A stretch of 64,000 nt of DNA from an uncultured Pseudomonadota bacterium (GTDB lineage: Bacteria; Pseudomonadota; Alphaproteobacteria; Rs-D84). Below the pieces are notes generated by a model. That model saw only the letters and a list, made by a program, of their open reading frames with translations, did no database searches and was not told where the DNA came from. Within the stretch, counting starts at the first letter, position 1; each line of letters opens with the position of its first letter. Where the stretch lies: the NCBI GenBank assembly GCA_947303585.1, contig CAMYYT010000002.1, positions 2,326 through 66,325 of the forward strand, in the 5' to 3' direction. The position numbers and the translations under genes are program-made. Below are positions 58,356 through 64,000 of the stretch, piece by piece.

Positions 58356-58488
58356 GTGAAAGGGTAAAAAGGTATAAAAAATCATCCCGAAAACCCAACA
58401 AGATTGGTGCCGAAAGCACTTCATAAAAGATTTGGTTTTTTCCCTTCCTTAACCAAATAAATGCACCCCATACGGGGTGTTTTTTTTA
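58356..58488 (+). ncRNA. Candidate small RNA (about 130 nt) bounded by a strong promoter and an intrinsic terminator
   Basis: No ORF of 60 aa or more. Internal hairpins (AAAACCCAAC..TTGGTTTT; GGTGCcgaaaGCAC). Terminator CACCCCatacGGGGTG + TTTTTTTTT. Confidence 0.35.
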
Positions 58489-58522
58489 AATTCTCCCCAC
58501 GGGGGGCGCAGGGCGATGGGGG

Positions 58523-59671
58523 TTATCCCGCATTTTTTCCTGCGACAAAACCGCTGCTGAATGCCCACTGAATATTAAAACCACCCAAATCGCCAGTTAT
58601 ATCCATAACTTCGCCTGCAAAAAACAAACCGGGGCAAATCTTTGATTCCATTGTTTTTGATGATATTTTATCGACAGACACTCCGCCCATCATTACTTCT
58701 GCGCTTGTGAATCCAATCGCTGTACCATCCATAATTTCAAAATGATTTATCCTTGTAGCAATTTGTTTTAATTCGCCGTCTTTTAAATCTGCGATGTTTC
58801 GTGTGTCATTGCAAAAAAAGTGCGCCAATTTATTTGGCAAAATTTCAGCCACCACATTTGCCACAGATTTCTTGCCGTTCGTTTGTTTTGTGCTTTTCAA
58901 TAATTCAAAAACGTTTTTGTTCGGTGCAAAATTTATAATCATTTCTTTTGGGTTTATCAAAGTTGCACGATAAGCCGCCGGTCCACCAATACCAAAATGA
59001 GTAAACAATAAATCATCAACAATTTTATGTTTATCAACGATAATTTCTGCTTTCAAAGATATGCCAGAAAGCTCGGAATCAAATGCCTTGGTTTTAATCG
59101 CACACAGTGCAGGACGCACCGGTTCGATTTTATGACCGAATTTTTTAGCAATCGTTTGTCCGGTACTTGATACCAGTAAGTGCGGGTACGAAATGCCACC
59201 TGTTGCAACGATAACAGATTGCGAATAAAAATCGCCATTGGTTGTTTTTATCGTGAAAAAATCGTTTTCTTTTTCAATATCAATTACATTAGTATTGTAT
59301 TTTATCAGGGTGTTTTTTAGGTCACTTAAAAGTGCGTTTAAAATATCTTTGGCACCATCGCGACAAAAATATCGTCCTGGTTCTTTTTCAATATATTTTA
59401 TATTGTGTGCTTTTGCCCAATTTAATGTATCGTGTGGCGAAAACTGTGTAAGAGCTGACATAACAAACCGCGGGTTTTTACCAAAATAGTGTGAAAAATC
59501 CGCCTTTGAATTCGTAAAATTGCAATTGCCACCACCAGAAACAGCAACTTTGCGAGCAGGTTCGTTTCCCATATCAAGAATTAATACGGCTTTTTTGCGC
59601 CTTAACAATTGTGCTGCCGCCATTAATCCGGCCGCACCTGCACCAATAATAACAGTATCAAATATTTTCAT
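58523..59671 (-). CDS. HI0933-like FAD-dependent flavoprotein (BaiN/aminoacetone oxidase family)
   Basis: N-terminal Rossmann GAGAAG (VIIGAGAAGLMAA), family-typical C-terminal region. Confidence 0.75.
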   Translation of the reverse strand: MKIFDTVIIGAGAAGLMAAAQLLRRKKAVLILDMGNEPARKVAVSGGGNCNFTNSKADFSHYFGKNPRFVMSALTQFSPHDTLNWAKAHNIKYIEKEPGRYFCRDGAKDILNALLSDLKNTLIKYNTNVIDIEKENDFFTIKTTNGDFYSQSVIVATGGISYPHLLVSSTGQTIAKKFGHKIEPVRPALCAIKTKAFDSELSGISLKAEIIVDKHKIVDDLLFTHFGIGGPAAYRATLINPKEMIINFAPNKNVFELLKSTKQTNGKKSVANVVAEILPNKLAHFFCNDTRNIADLKDGELKQIATRINHFEIMDGTAIGFTSAEVMMGGVSVDKISSKTMESKICPGLFFAGEVMDITGDLGGFNIQWAFSSGFVAGKNAG

Positions 59672-59712
59672 AAGATTAATTTTATCGCACCAATAAAAAA
59701 TATCAAATAAAT

Positions 59713-59731
59713 TTGCGTTTTGTGATATAAT
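59713..59731 (+). promoter_or_regulatory. Extended -10 promoter element (TTTTGTGATATAATG) upstream of deaminase gene
   Basis: Third copy of the shared motif. RBS AAGGAAAAAG before ATG 59756. Confidence 0.4.
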
Positions 59732-59755
59732 GTTTGTAAAAATAAGGAAAAAGAT

Positions 59756-60220
59756 ATGAATATATATATGGAAAGTGCAAAAAAATTAGCAGAAAAAAAT
59801 CTTAAAACACACAATGGCGGACCTTTTGGTGCAGTTGTTGTTAAAAATGGCAAAATAATCGGTCGTGCATCAAATTGTGTTATAAAAAATAATGACCCAA
59901 CGGCACATGCAGAAATAATGGCTATACGTGCGGCATGTGCAAAGATTAAATCTTATGATTTAAGTGGGTGTGAATTATACACTTCGTGTTATCCTTGTCC
60001 GATGTGTTTGTCTGCAATTATGTGGGCGAATATAAAAACTGTTTATTATGGAAATACAAAACAAGACGCTGCAAATATTGGTTTTCGTGATGATTTTATG
60101 TATGAATATCTAAAAAATTTGAAAAATACCAAAGTGTTAAAATTAAAGCCTTTGAATCGCAAAGAAACAATAAAAACATTTGATGATTTTACAAAACAAA
60201 AAAACAAGATAATATATTAA
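59756..60220 (+). CDS. Nucleoside deaminase of the CDA/dCMP-deaminase fold (guanine deaminase GuaD-like)
   Basis: GGPFGAVVV..., zinc motifs HAE and PCPMC (..DPTAHAEIMAIRAAC.. LYTSCYPCPMCLSAIMWA..). Confidence 0.75.
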   Translation: MNIYMESAKKLAEKNLKTHNGGPFGAVVVKNGKIIGRASNCVIKNNDPTAHAEIMAIRAACAKIKSYDLSGCELYTSCYPCPMCLSAIMWANIKTVYYGNTKQDAANIGFRDDFMYEYLKNLKNTKVLKLKPLNRKETIKTFDDFTKQKNKIIY

Positions 60221-60226
60221 TCAAAT

Positions 60227-60257
60227 AAAAAAGCCGTCCAAAGACGGTTTTTTTGCA
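60227..60257. terminator. Bidirectional terminator between deaminase gene and tRNA-Met
   Basis: AAAAAGCCGTCcaaaGACGGTTTTTTT. Confidence 0.7.
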
Positions 60258-60287
60258 CCTATCGCGTCTTTGTATTAACAAAAACGG

Positions 60288-60364
60288 ATGGTGGGTTAGG
60301 TAGGACTCGAACCCACGACCAAAGCGTTATGAGCGCTCCGCTCTAACCAACTGAGCTACTAACC
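60288..60364 (-). tRNA. tRNA-Met (anticodon CAT; elongator type, or tRNA-Ile2)
   Basis: Acceptor GGGTTAG/CTAACCC, discriminator A, anticodon loop CTCATAA, T-loop TTCGAGT, CCA encoded. G1:C72 argues against initiator. Confidence 0.8.
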
Positions 60365-60458
60365 CACAGCGAAAGTAATTATATATTTTTTTTATTGTCT
60401 TGCAAGTTAAAAATTAACATATCTTGCATTTTATATCAAATTATGCCACCATAGCGGT

Positions 60459-61730
60459 ATGCCTGATATTGTTCCAATATTAAATAAAAATCAAATGGAT
60501 GCGTTTAATACGATTGAACGCACGCATTCTAATATTTTAATTTTGGGGCAGGCGGGAACAGGAAAATCTACTTTTGTACAATATTTGAAATCGGCGTCCA
60601 GCAAACGCATAGTTTGCGCGTGTCCAACGGCGGTTTCAGCATTAAATATCGGCGGACAGACGATACATTCGCTGTTTCAAATTCAGCCACGTGATTTTAT
60701 TATGCCTGAATTGTTGAAATTAAAGGCCAAACCCCGCAATATCTTAAATGCCACAGATGTTTTGGTGATTGATGAAATATCTATGGTTGCACCTGATTTG
60801 TTGGACGCGATTGATATTTTGGCACGTCAAGCGCGTCATAACAATGAACCTTTTGGTGGTATCCAAGTGGTTGCTATTGGTGATATGTTTCAATTACCTC
60901 CAGTAATAACCCGCGAATCCGAACATTATTACGAAGAAGCATACGAATATAAAAACGCTTATTTTTTTGATTCTAATGTGTATAAACGTGCTAATTTTAT
61001 AAAATATGATTTCAATACAGTTTATCGTCAAAGCGACACTGATTTACTGCAAAATCTTGTAAAATTGCGCGATAATGATGCATCTGCCATAGATTTCTTT
61101 AATCATTGTCGCATAGACGATGAAAATATTCGTAAAAACGCCGTTATAATTACACCTTTTCGTGCTGTGGCAGAAAAAATAAATACAGACAAATTAAACC
61201 AGATTAATGCGCCAGAAATGGTTTATACAGGGGCTATTTCTGGGAATTTTAATACGAACGATGTGCCGGCCCCCATGGAATTAAAGTTAAAGCAGGGGGC
61301 ACTGGTTATGTTTGTGAAAAATGGCGATAAATGGCATAACGGTTCTGTGGGGATTGTGGAAAATCTTGGCGCCAAAGAAATCATAATTCAATTATTAGAC
61401 GATAATAAAAACGATATTGTTGTTGTGAAACCTGAAAAATGGGAGAAAATAGAATATTCTCGTGATGAAAACGATAGGATAATCGAAAATGAAATCGGTT
61501 CTTATAAACAGTTCCCGTTAATGTTGGGGTATGCAATGACGATACATAAATCTCAGGGTAAGACATTGGGCAAGGTTGTCATAGATATTTCGCGCGGCGC
61601 ATTTGCACATGGACAAACTTATGTTGCTTTGTCGCGCACGCGTTCGGCAAAAGATATGCATATTGTTAAACCTTTGGGTGCGCGCGATATTATCTTTGAT
61701 CAAAGAATTCTGGATTTTGTTAGCGAATAG
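60459..61730 (+). CDS. SF1B DNA helicase, PIF1/RecD-like (AAA_30 + C-terminal UvrD-like domain)
   Basis: Walker A GQAGTGKST, Walker B VLVIDEISMV, Q/motif III IGDMFQLPPV, C-terminal ..YAMTIHKSQG.. Confidence 0.75.
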   Translation: MPDIVPILNKNQMDAFNTIERTHSNILILGQAGTGKSTFVQYLKSASSKRIVCACPTAVSALNIGGQTIHSLFQIQPRDFIMPELLKLKAKPRNILNATDVLVIDEISMVAPDLLDAIDILARQARHNNEPFGGIQVVAIGDMFQLPPVITRESEHYYEEAYEYKNAYFFDSNVYKRANFIKYDFNTVYRQSDTDLLQNLVKLRDNDASAIDFFNHCRIDDENIRKNAVIITPFRAVAEKINTDKLNQINAPEMVYTGAISGNFNTNDVPAPMELKLKQGALVMFVKNGDKWHNGSVGIVENLGAKEIIIQLLDDNKNDIVVVKPEKWEKIEYSRDENDRIIENEIGSYKQFPLMLGYAMTIHKSQGKTLGKVVIDISRGAFAHGQTYVALSRTRSAKDMHIVKPLGARDIIFDQRILDFVSE

Positions 61731-62106
61731 TAACTTTCATATTTCGAATTTGTTTTATCGCAGGGCATCTTATATACACAGGATGGACATAACGATAAAT
61801 TGATTTTAATTGTTTGCCAAACATGCTTTCGAACACATGTAAAATTTTAGATATTGGACCGTTGTGACTATGTGCATAAAGAGAATAATACAAATGGTGA
61901 GCATAAAACGGATTTTTTTTACCATTAAATGTGTCTGTTAAATTAGTGTCTTCTAGCAGCGCTTGGAAAATAATTTCCATCTCTTTGGATGAAATTACAG
62001 TATCAGGAGTGATGTATTTTTTGTGTTCTTTCCACCCTGGCATTTTTCCAAGTTTATCTTTTGCAACATCAAAAAGTTGTGTTTCATAAACATATCTTCG
62101 TGGCAT
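61720..62106 (-). CDS. Hypothetical protein
   Basis: 128-aa ORF convergent with helicase gene. Confidence 0.35.
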   Translation of the reverse strand: MPRRYVYETQLFDVAKDKLGKMPGWKEHKKYITPDTVISSKEMEIIFQALLEDTNLTDTFNGKKNPFYAHHLYYSLYAHSHNGPISKILHVFESMFGKQLKSIYRYVHPVYIRCPAIKQIRNMKVTIR

Positions 62107-62178
62107 ATTTTAATCCATTTTTTATTCGTGTATATAGTAGCAGTAAAAAATAATTTGTCAACAAATTTATTGAGTAAA

Positions 62179-62565
62179 TTAGATGTCTTTTGACATTAAA
62201 ATTGCGTCCACACCATCATAGTATTTAGGGCGTAAACCGGCCCGAACGAACCCAGAATTTTCGTATAATTTCTGTGCGGCTATATTGTTTGAAGCAACTT
62301 CTAAAAATATTTTTTTAACACCTTGATTTTTGAGTGTTTTTTCAATAATTCCAATCATAGCGGATGCAATACCATTGCGCCGCATTTCGGGGTTCACACC
62401 AATGGTTATTATCTCTGCTTCGTCCACCACAATTCGATATACAATAAACCCATTTTCAGACATAATAATTTCGCATCCAGAATTTTTCAAATCGCGAAAA
62501 TCATCTGCCGACCATGGCTTGTTTGGAAAACATTTTTTATGAAGATTTGCGAGTTCAATAAACAT
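62179..62565 (-). CDS. rimI: GNAT acetyltransferase, ribosomal-protein-alanine N-acetyltransferase RimI-like
   Basis: GNAT motif A (..GVNPEMRRNGIASAMI..), located near tsaB as usual for rimI. Confidence 0.7.
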   Translation of the reverse strand: MFIELANLHKKCFPNKPWSADDFRDLKNSGCEIIMSENGFIVYRIVVDEAEIITIGVNPEMRRNGIASAMIGIIEKTLKNQGVKKIFLEVASNNIAAQKLYENSGFVRAGLRPKYYDGVDAILMSKDI

Positions 62566-62568
62566 TGT

Positions 62569-62895
62569 TTAACGATGTTGATTATTGTATAATTGTTCCA
62601 TGTAAAGAAAAATTTTTTCTGCCAATTTTGTGTTTGCTTGGTTAAGAATAACTCTGTTGTTGCTACGCATCCATAAAGACACAAAATGAAAAACATTTTT
62701 TTCAACCACAACGTCTACTGTACTGCTTTTTATTTTAAATGGGTACTCTGTATAAAAAGTATGTTCTTCTAGATTGAATTGAATGTTTTTGCTGTATGTA
62801 TCAAGTATTATATACAAAGCATTTTCGGAAAAGCCTGTGTTCAAAATTTTTTTGGCCTTTATCAGTTTTTTTGTTTGTTTTGTGTTTAATATCAT
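62569..62895 (-). CDS. Hypothetical protein between rimI and tsaB
   Basis: 108-aa ORF, tight spacing on both sides. Confidence 0.3.
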   Translation of the reverse strand: MILNTKQTKKLIKAKKILNTGFSENALYIILDTYSKNIQFNLEEHTFYTEYPFKIKSSTVDVVVEKNVFHFVSLWMRSNNRVILNQANTKLAEKIFLYMEQLYNNQHR

Positions 62896-62924
62896 AATTT
62901 GATACCTTTTGTGGGGTTTTGTTG

Positions 62925-63455
62925 TTATTTTTCAGCATAACTTGGTCGTAAATACATCGGTATCGCAGGTTGCAAATCACCGTTTTTAATTTTGTTTTCA
63001 ACGATGTTTTTTGCGAACATTAAATTGTATGGTTTGTGTCCAACTGTCATTGGACATTTCATTTGTTCTGTTTCTACTTCGTCGATAGTCATCGTTCCTG
63101 GTTCGTGTATTTTTGAAGCAACAAAGAAATCGCCACGACCAGAATCAATTGCCACAAAAGCATCAGGGTTTTCATAAAGGTATAATTCAAACAGGTTAAC
63201 AGGTATTACTGGGATATTCAATCCGATACCCAAACCTTTGGCGTATGCGATACCCATACGAATACCGGTAAAAGATCCCGGTCCCACAATAACGCCAATG
63301 GCTGTTAAATCTTTCATGTCTGTGTTATTCTGTTTCATGAAATCGTTAACAGCGTTCGGCAAACCGATGGCTTGCTTTTTTGCATCCATATGCATAAGCT
63401 TGTCGCCCAACACTAAATCTATACCGTTTTCCGAAGTGTTAATGATTAAAATCAT
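62925..63455 (-). CDS. tsaB: tRNA threonylcarbamoyladenosine biosynthesis protein TsaB (YeaZ), short form
   Basis: ..VIVGPGSFTGIRMGIAYAKGLGIGLNIPVIPVNLFELY. Confidence 0.75.
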   Translation of the reverse strand: MILIINTSENGIDLVLGDKLMHMDAKKQAIGLPNAVNDFMKQNNTDMKDLTAIGVIVGPGSFTGIRMGIAYAKGLGIGLNIPVIPVNLFELYLYENPDAFVAIDSGRGDFFVASKIHEPGTMTIDEVETEQMKCPMTVGHKPYNLMFAKNIVENKIKNGDLQPAIPMYLRPSYAEK

Positions 63456-63469
63456 TTATACAACCCTTT

Positions 63470-64000
63470 TTATAATCTTGCGCTGAAGCCAATTTTATTT
63501 GTCATATTGGCGTTCTGGTGAACGGATAATAGTTCGTCTATTTTATCAATTGTAAAATCTGTTTTTACATCCATTCCGTCATTTTGTAATAAACTGCGGC
63601 GCAAAAGCGAAGCAATTTCGCGTTGTAATTCGCGAACGCCTTGTTCGCTGGTAAAATTACGAATGATATACCTTATGCCGTCATCGGTAATATTGATATT
63701 ATTCATATCCCAGCCAGTATCTTCTGCAGCGCGTTTAATCAAATGTTCGCGGGCGATTTTAACTTTTTCTTCTTCGCTATATCCGGGAATTTCAATGATT
63801 TCCATACGGTCTTTTAATGCCGAAGACATATTCAAAGAATTCGAAGTTGCAATAAACAAAACATTAGACAAATCAAAATCTACTTCCAGATAATGATCGC
63901 GGAAAGTTTTATTTTGTTCTGGATCCAATATCTCTAACAAAGCAGATTCAGGGTCTCCGCGCCAATCGCGTCCCATTTTATCAATTTCATCCAACACAAT
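63470..64000 (-). CDS. lon: Lon protease, AAA+ module fragment (N-terminus outside window); ORF terminates before any protease domain
   Basis: Walker B/sensor region LDEIDKMGRDWRGDPESALLEILDPEQN..VLFIATSN..GVRELQREIASLLRR then stop. tsaB starts 15 nt downstream. Confidence 0.7.
   Translation of the reverse strand: MVLDEIDKMGRDWRGDPESALLEILDPEQNKTFRDHYLEVDFDLSNVLFIATSNSLNMSSALKDRMEIIEIPGYSEEEKVKIAREHLIKRAAEDTGWDMNNINITDDGIRYIIRNFTSEQGVRELQREIASLLRRSLLQNDGMDVKTDFTIDKIDELLSVHQNANMTNKIGFSARL

Overview
This 64 kb window is AT-rich and reads like an alphaproteobacterial chromosome segment, probably from a host-associated or endosymbiont lineage. The evidence for alphaproteobacterial origin is an LpxI-type (DUF1009) lipid A enzyme, a long RpoZ, a SIMPL/BP26-like protein and the frr-uppS-cdsA-rseP-bamA block. 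Housekeeping genes are dense: a tolC-macA-macB efflux operon, tdk, alaS, hupB, smpB, tatD, holB, a DD-carboxypeptidase, rpoZ, an mtaB-like gene, lpxI, birA, dnaB, yraN, ligA, a frameshifted PBP1A, RNase E/G, rimI, tsaB and a lon fragment. There are six tRNAs (Arg-ACG, Ser-GGA, Ala-GGC, His-GTG, Met-CAT). These are interleaved with accessory material:
1. A family of three secreted cysteine-rich proteins with eukaryote-like furin/ephrin-receptor-like repeats. One is a 1994-aa giant carrying about 970-bp near-identical tandem repeats.
2. A degraded prophage/GTA-like region (23.5-33.1 kb). Its T4-type terminase gene is split by a 3.3-kb insert that carries dnaB and a dual-HTH S24 repressor.
3. A translationally coupled four-gene envelope operon directly downstream of bamA: small lipoprotein, two bitopic proteins (one with a VirB8-like NPxG motif) and a secreted protein.
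4. An orphan virB11.
5. Duplicated tRNA 3'-end fragments next to tRNA-Arg and tRNA-Ser.
6. A promoter-to-terminator unit with no ORF, which is a candidate sRNA.
No CRISPR array or IS element was recognised.
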